Origin: Clostridia bacterium
GTDB lineage: Bacteria > Bacillota > Clostridia > Oscillospirales > Acutalibacteraceae
DNA length: 64,000 nt
Assembly: GCA_017521925.1 (NCBI GenBank)
Contig: JAFXBG010000006.1
Location: 729 to 64,728 of the forward strand
Reading direction: 5' to 3'
The translations under genes and the position numbers were made by a program. A model generated the notes under the pieces. The model was given only the letters and a program-made list of their open reading frames with translations, ran no database searches and was not told the origin of the DNA. Positions 19,449-30,512 of the stretch are shown piece after piece. The first letter of the stretch is position 1. Every line of letters starts with the position of its first letter.

Positions 19449-22313
19449 ATGGGACTTTTAAAAACCCTCTTTGGCGACTACAGCAAAAAGGAGATTAAAA
19501 GAGTAAAGCCTCTTTGCGACAAGGTGCTCTCTTTAGAGCCGACTTATGAAAAAATGACTGATGCCGAGCTTAAAAATCAGACCGTGCTTTTCAGAGAAAG
19601 ACTCCTGAAAGGTGAAACCTTAGACAGCTTACTGCCCGAAGCATTCGCAGTTTGCCGAGAAGCCAGCTGGCGAGTTTTAGGTATGAAGCACTTCCCTGTT
19701 CAGATTATAGGCGGTATTATTCTTCATCAGGGCAGAATCGCCGAAATGCGTACAGGTGAAGGTAAAACCCTGGTTGCTACCTTACCTGCTTACTTAAACG
19801 GACTTACAGGCAAAGGTGTTCACATTGTTACAGTCAACGACTACCTTGCAAAGCGTGACTCCGAATGGATGGGCAAGCTTTACCGTTTCTTAGGCTTAAC
19901 AGTTGGTCTTATTATCCATGATATGCCCGGTGATATGCGTAAAAAGCAGTACGAGGCAGACATCACCTACGGCACAAACAACGAGCTTGGCTTTGACTAC
20001 CTCAGAGACAATATGGTGGTTTACAAAGAGCAAAGGGTTCAGCGTAAGCACATTTTTGCAATCGTTGATGAGGTTGACTCAATCCTCATTGACGAAGCAA
20101 GAACTCCCCTTATTATTTCAGGTAAGGGTGACAAATCCACCGACCTTTATCAGAAAGCCGACTCCTTTGCTAAACGTCTTAAAAAGCACGTTTTCACCGA
20201 AGTTGACAACAAAGAAAATATGGAAGATTTCTTTGCCGAAAACGACATTGACTACATAGTTGACGAAAAAGCAAAAACCTGTACATTGACTCAGGTTGGC
20301 GTTAAAAAGGCTGAAAGCTACTTTGGTCTTGAGAACCTTACAGACCCCGAAAACCTTACTTTACAGCATCACATCAATCAGGCAATCCGTGCCCACGGTA
20401 TTATGCACCTTGACATTGACTACGTTAACAAAGACGGCGAAATCGTTATTGTTGACGAGTTCACAGGCCGTCTTATGTACGGCAGAAGATACAACGAAGG
20501 CTTACACCAGGCTATTGAGGCTAAGGAAGGCGTAAAAATCCAGAACGAAAGCAAAACCCTTGCAACCATTACTTTCCAGAACTACTTCCGTCTTTACGAA
20601 AAGCTTTCGGGTATGACAGGTACTGCTATGACCGAAGAGCAGGAGTTCAAGGAAATTTACGAGCTTGATGTTGTTGAAATTCCCACTAACAAGCCCTTGG
20701 CAAGAATTGACGAAAACGACTCTATCTACTTAAACGAGCAGGGCAAATTCAACGCAGTTATCGAAACTATCATCGAGTGTCACGAAAAAGGTCAGCCTGT
20801 ACTTGTAGGTACAATCTCCATTGAAAAATCCGAGATTCTCTCAAAGCTTCTTAAAAAACGCGGAATCGAGCACAATGTGCTTAACGCAAAACACCACGAA
20901 AAAGAGGCTGAAATCGTTGCTCAGGCAGGTAAATTCGGTGCTGTAACAATCGCTACCAATATGGCAGGCCGTGGTACCGATATTATGCTTGGCGGTAACG
21001 CAGAGTTTATGGCAAAGACCAAAATGCGTAAAATGGGCTTTACCGACGAGCTTCTGGCTGAGGCTACAGGCTTCGGCGACACAGAAGACGCCGAAATTTT
21101 AGAAGCACGTAAGACCTTCTCAGAGCTTAATGCTCAGTTTAAAGAGGAAATCAAAGACGAAGCAGAAAAGGTACGAGAAGCAGGCGGCCTTTACATTATC
21201 GGTACAGAACGCCACGAATCCCGTCGAATTGACAACCAGCTCAGAGGCCGTGCAGGCCGTCAGGGCGACCCCGGTAAGAGCCGTTTCTTCCTTTCTACCG
21301 AAGATGATTTAATGCGTATTTTCGGCGGTGACAGAATGAAAATGATGATGACCCGCCTTAACGTTGACGAAAATATGCCCATTGAAAACAAGATGATTTC
21401 AAACATCATCGAAAACTCACAGCAGAAGGTTGAACAGCGTAACTTCGGCATCCGTAAGAACGTTCTTCAGTACGACGACGTTATGAACCGCCAGAGAGAA
21501 ATTATCTACGGTCAGCGTAATCAGGTGCTTGAGGGTGAGGATATTCACGACACCATTATGAAGATGGTTGAGCAGACAGTAGAGGGTATGGTAGAAACCT
21601 ACTTAGTCGGCGAGCCTAAGGACTGGAACATTGTTGGCCTTAAGGAATACTACAACGGCTGGCTTATTACCGAAGAAGGCACTCCTCAGTTTTTCGGCGG
21701 TGACGTTAAGTCTATGAGAAAGGCTGAGGTTACAGACCTGCTCTTAAACCGTGCCAAGGCTCTTTACAGGGAAAACGAGGAGCTTGTTGCCGAGGAAACA
21801 ATGCGTGAGATGGAGCGTGTTTACCTCCTTAAATCCGTTGACACCTACTGGATGGAGCATATCGACAATATGGAGGAATTAAAGCAGGGTATCCGTATGC
21901 GTGCCTATGCTCAGAAAGACCCTGTTGTTGAATTCCGTCTTGAAGGCTTTGATATGTTCGACCAGATGATTGAGTCAATCCGTCAGGACACTGTCAAGCT
22001 TATGATTATCGCACCTAAAAAGGTACGCGAAATCCAGAAAAAGCAGGAAGAAATGGAGCGAATGAGAATTGAGGCTGAAAAGGCAGCAGCAGCCGCTCAT
22101 CAGGTAAACCTCAATAAGGAAGATGCTCCCAAGGTTAACCCCGTAACCTTTGCAATCAAGCGTGAGCAGGTTGCAAAGCCCACCGAGTTTGCAGGCGACG
22201 GCACACTTTCTACCAACCGCACAGTAGTTAAGGGCAAAAAAGTCGGCAGAAACGACCCCTGCCCCTGCGGAAGCGGTAAAAAGTACAAGAAGTGCTGCGG
22301 ACAGGAAAGCTAA
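19449..22313 (+). CDS. secA: Preprotein translocase ATPase SecA
   Basis: [37 protein letters not shown]-terminal [18 protein letters not shown]. Confidence 0.99.
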   Translation: MGLLKTLFGDYSKKEIKRVKPLCDKVLSLEPTYEKMTDAELKNQTVLFRERLLKGETLDSLLPEAFAVCREASWRVLGMKHFPVQIIGGIILHQGRIAEMRTGEGKTLVATLPAYLNGLTGKGVHIVTVNDYLAKRDSEWMGKLYRFLGLTVGLIIHDMPGDMRKKQYEADITYGTNNELGFDYLRDNMVVYKEQRVQRKHIFAIVDEVDSILIDEARTPLIISGKGDKSTDLYQKADSFAKRLKKHVFTEVDNKENMEDFFAENDIDYIVDEKAKTCTLTQVGVKKAESYFGLENLTDPENLTLQHHINQAIRAHGIMHLDIDYVNKDGEIVIVDEFTGRLMYGRRYNEGLHQAIEAKEGVKIQNESKTLATITFQNYFRLYEKLSGMTGTAMTEEQEFKEIYELDVVEIPTNKPLARIDENDSIYLNEQGKFNAVIETIIECHEKGQPVLVGTISIEKSEILSKLLKKRGIEHNVLNAKHHEKEAEIVAQAGKFGAVTIATNMAGRGTDIMLGGNAEFMAKTKMRKMGFTDELLAEATGFGDTEDAEILEARKTFSELNAQFKEEIKDEAEKVREAGGLYIIGTERHESRRIDNQLRGRAGRQGDPGKSRFFLSTEDDLMRIFGGDRMKMMMTRLNVDENMPIENKMISNIIENSQQKVEQRNFGIRKNVLQYDDVMNRQREIIYGQRNQVLEGEDIHDTIMKMVEQTVEGMVETYLVGEPKDWNIVGLKEYYNGWLITEEGTPQFFGGDVKSMRKAEVTDLLLNRAKALYRENEELVAEETMREMERVYLLKSVDTYWMEHIDNMEELKQGIRMRAYAQKDPVVEFRLEGFDMFDQMIESIRQDTVKLMIIAPKKVREIQKKQEEMERMRIEAEKAAAAAHQVNLNKEDAPKVNPVTFAIKREQVAKPTEFAGDGTLSTNRTVVKGKKVGRNDPCPCGSGKKYKKCCGQES

Positions 22314-22333
22314 ATAAGGCTTAATATTATTCC

Positions 22334-22387
22334 GTAGGAGCGATTTATTTAACATCAATTTAGCAGGCGGATATTATATGCCCCTAC
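22334..22387. repeat. Degenerate inverted pair of GTAG-family REP-like sequences
   Basis: GTAGGAGCG...GGCGGATATTATATGCCCCTAC; ends GTAG and CTAC. Confidence 0.5.
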
Positions 22388-22418
22388 TGTCTTTATATAA
22401 AACTGAATAAATAAAAAC

Positions 22419-22461
22419 ACCGAGGACTGAACACTCAAAAGAATGCTCAGTCCTCGGTTTT
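22419..22461 (+). terminator. Intrinsic terminator after secA
   Basis: ACCGAGGACTGA...TCAGTCCTCGGTTTT. Confidence 0.75.
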
Positions 22462-22477
22462 GCTTTATATTTTATAA

Positions 22478-22499
22478 GAATTGCCCTCCCGTGGCTAAC
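22478..22499. repeat. Partial copy D of the ~68-nt repeat (second hairpin only)
   Basis: GAATTGCCCTCCCGTGGCTAAC. Confidence 0.65.
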
Positions 22500-22632
22500 G
22501 GGTTTGCAAAATCTTTTAAAATCAGGAGAAAATATTTGTGTAAATAATTGTAAAATCTGAATTTCTGTGATAAAATAAACTGAATATTTGTTTTTATTTC
22601 TAAAGAAATCTTTTGTGAAAGGATTTGACAAT

Positions 22633-24078
22633 ATGAACGTACGTACACGATACGCACCAAGTCCCACAGGCTTTATGCACGTGGGAAACTTAAGAACCGC
22701 ACTTTACGAATATCTTATCGCCAAAAATCAGGGCGGCAGCTTTGTGCTGAGAATTGAAGACACAGACCAGGAAAGATATGTTGAGGGTGCAGTTGATGTT
22801 ATTTACAACACCCTTAAAATTGCAGGTCTTAAGCACGACGAAGGCCCAGACATCGGCGGCGAATATGGCCCCTATGTTCAGTCTGAGCGTAAGGATATGT
22901 ACTTACCCTACGCCGAGCAACTTATTGCCGAGGGCAAAGCTTACCGCTGCTTCTGCACAAAAGAAAGACTCGAAAGCATCCAGCAGGACTCTGAGTTCGG
23001 CGGTTATGACAGACATTGCCGTGATTTATCACAAGAAGAAATAGACAAACTTTTAGCAGAGGGTGTCCCCTACGTTATCCGTCAGAAAATGCCCTTAGAA
23101 GGCTCAACTACTTTTGTTGATGCTGTTTTCGGCGAAATTACCGTTGAAAATTCTGAGCTTCAGGACCAGATTCTTATTAAGTCCGACGGCTTCCCCACAT
23201 ATAACTTTGCAAACGTTATCGATGACCACACAATGGGCATTACCCACGTAGTCCGCGGTTGTGAATATTTAAGCTCCACACCTAAGTATAATCTTCTTTA
23301 CGACGCATTCGGCTGGGAGATTCCCACCTACGTTCACCTGCCCCTTATTATGGGCAAGGATGCCGAGGGTAATGTTTCCAAACTTTCCAAGCGTCACGGC
23401 TCCACAGGCTTTGAGGATTTAATTAAGGAAGGTTACCTGCCTGAGGTTATCATCAACTATATAGCCCTTTTAGGCTGGTGCCCCAAAGGTAACGAGGAAA
23501 TCTTTACTTTAGCTCAGCTTGAAAAAGAGTTTTGCATTGAGAACATCAGCAAGTCTCCTGCAGTTTTCGATTATCAGAAGCTTCAGTGGTTCAATGCAGA
23601 GTATTTAAGAGCAATGTCAGACGAGGAGTTTACAGAGGTTGCAAAGCCTTACTACGACTCTGTTTTCGGCGACACACCTTACGACGGTGCTAAACTTACC
23701 GCTATTCTTAAAGCAAGAACCGTTCAGCTTACCGATATCCCAAATATGATTCAGTTCTTCAAAGAGCTTCCCGAATATGACAAGGAGCTTTTTGTAAATA
23801 AAAAGAGCAAGACAAACCTTGAGAACTCCCCCGCAATTTTAAAAACAGTTACAGAGCGTTTAGAGGCTCTTGAGAATTGGAACTGCGATGCTATCAAGGA
23901 GCTTCTCATAAATTTAGCTACAGAGCTTGAACTTAAAAACGGCACCGTAATGTGGCCTGCACGAATTGCAGCTTCGGGTCAGACAGTAACCCCCGGCGGT
24001 GCAGTAGAAATACTTGATATTTTAGGAAAAGACGAGACATTAAGAAGACTTAACATAGGTCTTTGCAAGCTTTCCTGA
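22633..24078 (+). CDS. gltX: Glutamate--tRNA ligase
   Basis: RTRYAPSPTGFMHVG, RIEDTD, KLSKR; start at MNVRTR. Confidence 0.98.
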   Translation: MNVRTRYAPSPTGFMHVGNLRTALYEYLIAKNQGGSFVLRIEDTDQERYVEGAVDVIYNTLKIAGLKHDEGPDIGGEYGPYVQSERKDMYLPYAEQLIAEGKAYRCFCTKERLESIQQDSEFGGYDRHCRDLSQEEIDKLLAEGVPYVIRQKMPLEGSTTFVDAVFGEITVENSELQDQILIKSDGFPTYNFANVIDDHTMGITHVVRGCEYLSSTPKYNLLYDAFGWEIPTYVHLPLIMGKDAEGNVSKLSKRHGSTGFEDLIKEGYLPEVIINYIALLGWCPKGNEEIFTLAQLEKEFCIENISKSPAVFDYQKLQWFNAEYLRAMSDEEFTEVAKPYYDSVFGDTPYDGAKLTAILKARTVQLTDIPNMIQFFKELPEYDKELFVNKKSKTNLENSPAILKTVTERLEALENWNCDAIKELLINLATELELKNGTVMWPARIAASGQTVTPGGAVEILDILGKDETLRRLNIGLCKLS

Positions 24079-24093
24079 GAGGAGATATATATT

Positions 24094-25791
24094 ATGGCAG
24101 AAGATAAAAAGATATTGAACGATGAAAGTTCTGAGGTTATGTCCTCAAACTTTATCCACGATTTTATTGACGAAGATATTGCAGAAGGCGGCAGATACGA
24201 GGGTAAAAAGGTTCACACCCGTTTTCCACCCGAGCCTAACGGATACCTTCACATTGGCCATGCAAAGGCTATCTGCATTGACTTCGGCACAGCCGAAAAG
24301 TACGGCGGTCTTTGTAACCTTCGAATGGACGATACCAACCCCACAAAAGAGGACGTTGAGTATGTAGAGGCAATTCAGGAAGACATCAAGTGGCTTGGCT
24401 TTGACTGGGACGACCGTTTTTACTATGCTTCCGACTACTTTGAGGATATGTATAAGTTCGCAATTGAACTTATCGAAAAAGGCCTTGCTTATGTTTGCGA
24501 GCTTAACGCAGAGCAGATGAGAGAATACAGAGGCGACCTTTCTACCCCTGCAAAGAGTCCTTTCCGCGACAGACCCATAGAGGAAAGCCTTGACCTTTTC
24601 AAGAGAATGAGAGCAGGCGAGTTTGAGGACGGTTCTATGACACTTCGTGCAAAAATTGACCTTGCATCAGGCAACTTCAATATGCGTGACCCTGTTATCT
24701 ACAGAATCAACCGCCTTCCCCACCACCGCCAGGGTACAAAGTGGTGCATCTATCCTATGTATGACTTTGCTCATCCTATCGAGGATGCAATGGAAGGCAT
24801 CACCCACAGCCTTTGCTCCCTTGAATTTGAGGACCACAGACCCCTTTACGATTGGGTAATAAATAATGTTTCCGTTCCTGCAAAACCCCGTCAGATTGAG
24901 TTTGCAAGACTCGGCATCAACAACACAGTTATGTCAAAGCGTAAGCTCAGAGCCTTGGTAGAAGAAGGCTTTGTACGTGGCTGGGACGACCCCAGAATGC
25001 CCACACTCTGCGGTTTAAGAAGAAGAGGCTACACTCCTCGTTCTATCCGCAACTTTACTGAGAGAAACGGTGTTTCAAAGGTAAACTCTATTGTTGAGTA
25101 TGCTTTTCTTGAGCATTGTTTAAGAGAAGACCTTAACGAAACCGCTCAGCGTGCAATGGCAGTTATCCGTCCCGTGAAGCTCGTTATCGAAAACTACCCT
25201 GAGGGATTAGCTGAGGAATTTGAGGTTGAAAACAACCCCAACAGACCTGAGGACGGCAACCGCATCATAACATTCTCCAGAGAATGTTATATTGAGGCTG
25301 ACGACTTTATGGAAGAGCCTGTCAAGGGCTATCAGCGTCTTTATCCGGGCAACGAGGTCCGCTTAAAGTCCGCTTATATTGTTAAGTGCACAGGCTGTAA
25401 AAAGGACGAGCAGGGCAACGTAGTAGAAGTTTACGCTACCTACGACGCAGATACAAAAGGCGGTAACACTCCCGACGGCAGAAAGGTAAGAGGTACTATC
25501 CACTGGGTAGATGCCTCAAACTGCGAAAATGCCGAGGTAAGACTTTACTCCAATCTCTTTACAGTTCCTGACCCCGATACAGGCGACAAAAACTTCCTTG
25601 ATTACCTCAACCCCGACTCTTTAGAGGTTGTAGAAAATGCAAAGCTTGAGAAGTCTTTAGGCTCTGCAAAACTTGGCGACGGTTTCCAGTTTATGCGTCT
25701 TGGCTACTTCTGCGTCGATAAAGACTCTACCTCTGACAAGCTTATCTTTAACCGCAGTGTTTCTCTTAAAGACGGATTCAAGAAGAAGTAA
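24094..25791 (+). CDS. glnS: Glutamine--tRNA ligase
   Basis: [39 protein letters not shown]. Confidence 0.97.
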   Translation: MAEDKKILNDESSEVMSSNFIHDFIDEDIAEGGRYEGKKVHTRFPPEPNGYLHIGHAKAICIDFGTAEKYGGLCNLRMDDTNPTKEDVEYVEAIQEDIKWLGFDWDDRFYYASDYFEDMYKFAIELIEKGLAYVCELNAEQMREYRGDLSTPAKSPFRDRPIEESLDLFKRMRAGEFEDGSMTLRAKIDLASGNFNMRDPVIYRINRLPHHRQGTKWCIYPMYDFAHPIEDAMEGITHSLCSLEFEDHRPLYDWVINNVSVPAKPRQIEFARLGINNTVMSKRKLRALVEEGFVRGWDDPRMPTLCGLRRRGYTPRSIRNFTERNGVSKVNSIVEYAFLEHCLREDLNETAQRAMAVIRPVKLVIENYPEGLAEEFEVENNPNRPEDGNRIITFSRECYIEADDFMEEPVKGYQRLYPGNEVRLKSAYIVKCTGCKKDEQGNVVEVYATYDADTKGGNTPDGRKVRGTIHWVDASNCENAEVRLYSNLFTVPDPDTGDKNFLDYLNPDSLEVVENAKLEKSLGSAKLGDGFQFMRLGYFCVDKDSTSDKLIFNRSVSLKDGFKKK

Positions 25792-25794
25792 GAT

Positions 25795-26526
25795 ATGAAA
25801 ACAGCAGTTATTACAGGTGCCGCCAAAGGCATAGGTGCGGCTATTGCCGTAGCCTTTGCCAAAAGCGGCTACCGTGTCGTTATTAATTACAACAAAAGCG
25901 AAGAGCGAGCCAGGGCACTTTGTCAGATTTTAAACGACACCTACCCTACCGAGGCGGTGTGCATTAAGGCTGACGTTTCAACTCCTGAGGGAGCTAAAAA
26001 GCTTATTTCAGAGTCGGTCACCGCTTTTGGTGACATTGACGTTTTAGTAAATAACGCAGGTATCGCTCAGCAAAAGCTTTTTACTGACATTACCGACGAG
26101 GACTGGCAGACGATGGTTAACACAAACTTAAGCTCTGTGTTTTATGTAAGCCGTGCCGCAGTTCCCTTTATGGTCAGTAAAAAAAGCGGCAGTATAGTAA
26201 ACATAAGCTCTATCTGGGGAGAAACAGGCGGCTCCTGCGAGGTGCACTACAGTGCCGCCAAAGCAGGTGTTATAGGCATTACAAAGGCTCTCTCTAAAGA
26301 GCTTGCTCCCTCGGGCATTACGGTTAACTGTGTCTGCCCCGGTGTTATTAAAACCGATATGCTAAGTTCCTTTACCGAGGAGGACCTCAGAGCTTTAACA
26401 GAAGAAACTCCCGTTATGCGTCTTGGCACTCCCAAGGATGTCGCCGATGCCGTATACTACCTTGCTACCAACTCAGGCTTTGTTACAGGTCAGGTTTTGG
26501 GTGTAAACGGCGGTATGTATGTTTAA
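25795..26526 (+). CDS. FabG-like SDR, most similar in motif to YmfI (EF-P 5-aminopentanone reductase) types
   Basis: TGAAKGIG, NNAG, ISSIWGETGGSCEVHYSAAK. Confidence 0.8.
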   Translation: MKTAVITGAAKGIGAAIAVAFAKSGYRVVINYNKSEERARALCQILNDTYPTEAVCIKADVSTPEGAKKLISESVTAFGDIDVLVNNAGIAQQKLFTDITDEDWQTMVNTNLSSVFYVSRAAVPFMVSKKSGSIVNISSIWGETGGSCEVHYSAAKAGVIGITKALSKELAPSGITVNCVCPGVIKTDMLSSFTEEDLRALTEETPVMRLGTPKDVADAVYYLATNSGFVTGQVLGVNGGMYV

Positions 26527-27196
26527 GAAACTTCTTTGCCCTTTAATTTTGCTTGCACTTTTGACCCTGCCCCTGAGTGTTTCGGCGGTCAGCAACGTAA
26601 GCTTTTCTCTGTCAGATGTAAGCACAGAGAAAAACAAGCTTTTTGAAACCGTTCTTTCAGCAGATGCTGAAGTTTCTGCTTTCGTTGCTCACCTTGAATT
26701 TGACGAAAACAAAACAGAGTTTAAAGGGGCAAAAGCTATTTCAGGCTCTGCCGAAATAAGCGTAAACAGCAACGAAAAAGGTAAGGTAAGCCTTGCGTAT
26801 CTTGCCGAGGACGGTACCAGCGGTGAGCTTGTAAGCTTTACCTTTAAATCTAAAACCGAAAGCACGAGCATTTCTTTAAGCCTTGAACAGGTAATTGACA
26901 AAAATGCAAATGAGCTTGGTGTTGCAGGCAAAAAAGGTGCAAATGTTACAGTTAACATTAAAGCTGACTGCCCAAAAAGTAATAAAACAAATGAAGAAAG
27001 CAACAGCACCGCCCATACTGATACAGGTACAGCTTCCACAGGTGAGGTTTATATTGACATACCGTCAAAAAACAGCACCGATGCTACATTGATAATCTGC
27101 ATATCTGTTTTATTTGTTATGATTTTCGCTGTAGCGGCAGTAGCTTTCTTTCTTGGCAGAAATTCTGCCGAAAATAAAAACAGCAGGAAGAATTGA
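26519..27196 (+). CDS. Secreted protein with a cohesin-like domain and C-terminal membrane anchor
   Basis: Signal peptide; beta-rich domain (LEFDENK.EF, GKVSLAY, GELVSFTFK); Ser/Thr linker; TM helix with basic tail. Confidence 0.6.
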   Translation: MFKKLLCPLILLALLTLPLSVSAVSNVSFSLSDVSTEKNKLFETVLSADAEVSAFVAHLEFDENKTEFKGAKAISGSAEISVNSNEKGKVSLAYLAEDGTSGELVSFTFKSKTESTSISLSLEQVIDKNANELGVAGKKGANVTVNIKADCPKSNKTNEESNSTAHTDTGTASTGEVYIDIPSKNSTDATLIICISVLFVMIFAVAAVAFFLGRNSAENKNSRKN

Positions 27197-27197
27197 T

Positions 27198-27737
27198 ATG
27201 AAAAAAACTCTTAATATATTCTGGATAATTTCGGCGGTGTTTCTCGCCTTGGGTGCCATGTGGGGTGTTATTACAAACCTCTCAGGCGTTATGGACAAAA
27301 TAACCGTTTCAGGCATTGCCCTTATAATCTTCGGCGTTATAAGCGTACTTGCCGCCTTTACTGCAGGGCTTAAGTCTGCAGGTTCAGGCTGGCTTTTGTT
27401 TGACGGAATAATCTCTTTTATCTGCGGGCTCGCCTGCGTGTTCTGGTATGTAGATGCAAGCCTTTTTATGGTTGACCTTATTTACATTTTAGGCATCTGG
27501 CTTATGATGTTAGGCGTTTCTCAGGTAAGCCGTGCATCCCGTCTTGGCAAGGCAAGTGCAGGTAAAATCCTGATGAAGATTACAGGCTACATAGGTATTT
27601 TAGGCGGTATTACCCTTTTTGTACGCCCTCTCTATGAGCTTATCCCTTTTTCTCAGTACGGAGTTTCTTTTCTGCTTATTACCTCCGCAATTATGGTAAT
27701 ATTCCGCTGCTTTGCAAAGCAGACTTCACGCGGATAA
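27198..27737 (+). CDS. HdeD/DUF308-family membrane protein
   Basis: About 6 TM helices; GIALIIFGV, GWLLFDGI, LGIWLMMLGV. Confidence 0.65.
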   Translation: MKKTLNIFWIISAVFLALGAMWGVITNLSGVMDKITVSGIALIIFGVISVLAAFTAGLKSAGSGWLLFDGIISFICGLACVFWYVDASLFMVDLIYILGIWLMMLGVSQVSRASRLGKASAGKILMKITGYIGILGGITLFVRPLYELIPFSQYGVSFLLITSAIMVIFRCFAKQTSRG

Positions 27738-27877
27738 TTTTGAGGCTTTCCTTCATAGGAAAGCCTTTTTTGTTACTATCCACAAAGGAAAGTATCAATA
27801 TTTATAAAATCCGTTAATTGACATAAATATTATACGTTGATAATATTAAATTAAAGAATATACGAGGAGGTTTTAGT

Positions 27878-28858
27878 ATGAAAAGATTTTTTGCATTATT
27901 CCTAGCGGCAATTCTGATGCTCAGCCTTTGTGCTTGCGCAGGCGGTAATACCACAGGTACAAACCAGGGTGAAAAGGAGCCTGTTATAGTTATTGCCGAG
28001 GAACTACAGGGCAAATGGTACGGCCCTAACAATACTCCTGAGCTCGATATCAATGCCGACGGCACAGGTAAGGTTACCTTAAATGATGAGAGTTTTGACG
28101 CAACCTTTACTGCTGAAAACAATGTTTTCACGGCTTCATCTGAGGACTACAGTATTTCAGGCGACTATGTTCTGGAGGGCGAAAAACTTACTGTAACCGC
28201 TACCATTGACGGCAAGGAGTACAAAGTTATTTTCACCCGTACACCCGTAGAGCTTCCCAAAGACTCTATTATTTACAACTTCAGCGACGAAACCTATGAA
28301 ATTAACTTTGACGAGGGTGATATTATCCTCTCTCAGTTCCCACCTGAGGACGACCCGCCTGTAATTGAGGTTTACTTCGAATATATTTCCGAAACAACTA
28401 TTCACGTACACCCTCAGCCTCCGATTTTTGTAGATGAAGTTACAATTATTCAACCGTCCAATACAGGCGGTTTCCCCTATCCTGAAGAAATTGATATAAG
28501 TGTAAAAGATGAACCAAAAATCACCATAGACGGTGAACCTACTCCCGGTTACACTTCAAACGACGATATCACAGGCACCTGGACAACTATACAGGACGGA
28601 ACTGTTTCTTTCTTCGGTGTAACCAATGAGGCAACTGTTCCAATCACCTACACCTTTAATGCCGACGGCACAGGCACTATACTTGCAATGGGTATTATAC
28701 CGGGAACCATGACTTACAGTGTTGAAAACGGTGTACTTAACCTCACTGTTTCTATGCTTGGCGATACAGAATCAGGCACAGGCTACGTTAAACGTGCAGG
28801 CGACAAACTTTTAGTTAAGAATTTAGACGATGAAGTTCAGATTTTGACAAGACAATAA
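27878..28858 (+). CDS. Hypothetical lipoprotein with two related beta domains
   Basis: Lipobox-like LCAC; two G.W...NADGTG repeats around an acidic Pro-rich centre; TTGACA promoter at 27818. Confidence 0.75.
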   Translation: MKRFFALFLAAILMLSLCACAGGNTTGTNQGEKEPVIVIAEELQGKWYGPNNTPELDINADGTGKVTLNDESFDATFTAENNVFTASSEDYSISGDYVLEGEKLTVTATIDGKEYKVIFTRTPVELPKDSIIYNFSDETYEINFDEGDIILSQFPPEDDPPVIEVYFEYISETTIHVHPQPPIFVDEVTIIQPSNTGGFPYPEEIDISVKDEPKITIDGEPTPGYTSNDDITGTWTTIQDGTVSFFGVTNEATVPITYTFNADGTGTILAMGIIPGTMTYSVENGVLNLTVSMLGDTESGTGYVKRAGDKLLVKNLDDEVQILTRQ

Positions 28859-28966
28859 TTAATCCCCATAAATAAAAATTCACCCTTATGTAAAAAATAA
28901 TCCCACTGAAATGAAAAGAGAAGTCCCTTATTTACTAAGAGACTTCTCTTAATTTTATTTTTCTAA

Positions 28967-29026
28967 AAAACTCGCCAAGCGAATACCACTGTGAAGCAAT
29001 AAAACTCGCCGCCGTTGAATAAAACT
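28967..29026. repeat. Mini-hairpin array with AATAnnACT linkers
   Basis: AAAACT-CGCCAAGCG-AATACCACT-GTGAAGC-AATAAAACT-CGCCGCCGTTG-AATAAAACT. Confidence 0.7.
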
Positions 29027-29077
29027 TATGCGAAATGTTCTTAGAACCTTTCGCATATACCCCCAAGGGTGATTCTT

Positions 29078-29497
29078 TTATACTATAATATTAACTTTAA
29101 ATTCCCCTCTGCATTTGGGGCATTTTACTGTGTGCTTGCCTCTACGTCTTTTAAGCCTCAGGGTTGCTTTGCAGTATTTACACTTTCTGTAGCGGTACTT
29201 CTTAATATCTCTTATACGGTTTTTTTGTAAGATAAAGAAATTTTTAACAGCATTCCACACCTTAAGAAATGTACGGTTTTCGGCACTTCTTTTATGCACA
29301 CTTTTTGAAAGTATGCGAAAAATTGCATACCCAAGGAAAAGAAGCTGAACTGCGTATAAAATAAGGGAAGCTAACCTGTCCCATACAAACCAATTGGCGG
29401 TAGACACACCAAAAGCTATTATAAAAAGAAAAAATGAATATGTGTCAAAACCGTTTCTGCCATACATAAACTGCCTGAATTTCTGCATAAAGCCCAT
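29078..29497 (-). CDS. Two-TM protein with C-terminal Zn ribbon
   Basis: FMYGRNG.D N-terminus; CKYC...CPKC. Confidence 0.8.
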   Translation of the reverse strand: MGFMQKFRQFMYGRNGFDTYSFFLFIIAFGVSTANWFVWDRLASLILYAVQLLFLGYAIFRILSKSVHKRSAENRTFLKVWNAVKNFFILQKNRIRDIKKYRYRKCKYCKATLRLKRRRGKHTVKCPKCRGEFKVNIIV

Positions 29498-29642
29498 TAT
29501 GAATTCTCCTTAAAGGTTGTTGACTTACATTGTATCATCCATTTAAGTCAAATACAATATTTTTTCGTGAACAATCTATTAATAACATTTTTTGACATAT
29601 GTATCTATACTTGATATAATTAGAAAATACGGAGGTGTTTTT

Positions 29643-30512
29643 ATGAAGCTTAGCGAGCTTTTTTCTCTTACAAGACCTACCCTGAGCTTTGAGGTTTTTC
29701 CGCCAAAAGCACAGGATTTATTCGACAGTGTAAGCAGTGCTGTCAGTGAAATTGCAGATTTAAACCCTGATTATATGAGCGTTACCTACGGTGCAGGCGG
29801 AGGCACCAGCGACTTTACGGTAAAAATCGCCGAGGATATTGAGAAAAACCACGGTGTAACCGCTTTAGCCCATCTTACTTGTGTTTCATCAAGCAAAGAA
29901 AGAGTAGACAGTCAGATTGCCCAGCTTAAAAATGCAGGAATAGAAAACATTCTGGCACTTCGCGGTGATATACCTAAAGGTATGGAAAATGGCGATTTCG
30001 GTGCTTTTAAATATGCTTCCGAGCTTATCTGTGAAATCAAAAAACAAGGTAACTTCTGCGTAGGCGGAGCCTGTTATCCCGAAGGCCACACCGAATGTAA
30101 AAGCCTTGACGAGGATATCAGTAACATTGCCAAAAAGGTTGAGGCAGGCTGTGACTACCTTACTACTCAGATGTTTTTTGACAACGATATTTTATATTCA
30201 TACATCGACAAACTCCGCAAAAAGGGTATTTTTGTGCCTGTTGTGGCAGGAATTATGCCCATTACAAATGCAAAACAGATTATGCGTGCCTGCGAGCTTT
30301 CTGGTACAGCTTTACCTAAGCGTTTCATAAAAATCGCAGAACGTTTTGGCGACAAGCCTCAGGCAATGGCTCAGGCAGGCATTGCCTATGCCACCGAGCA
30401 GATTATCGACCTTTACGCAAATGGCATCAAAAATGTTCACGTTTACAGTATGAACAAGCCTTTTGTGGCAAGAAAAATTCAGGAAAATCTTTCGGAGATT
30501 ATAAATGATTAA
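29643..30512 (+). CDS. metF: Methylenetetrahydrofolate reductase
   Basis: SFEVFPPK, VTYGAGG, AHLTC, LALRGD, TQMFFD; start at MKLSELF after GGAGG. Confidence 0.96.
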   Translation: MKLSELFSLTRPTLSFEVFPPKAQDLFDSVSSAVSEIADLNPDYMSVTYGAGGGTSDFTVKIAEDIEKNHGVTALAHLTCVSSSKERVDSQIAQLKNAGIENILALRGDIPKGMENGDFGAFKYASELICEIKKQGNFCVGGACYPEGHTECKSLDEDISNIAKKVEAGCDYLTTQMFFDNDILYSYIDKLRKKGIFVPVVAGIMPITNAKQIMRACELSGTALPKRFIKIAERFGDKPQAMAQAGIAYATEQIIDLYANGIKNVHVYSMNKPFVARKIQENLSEIIND

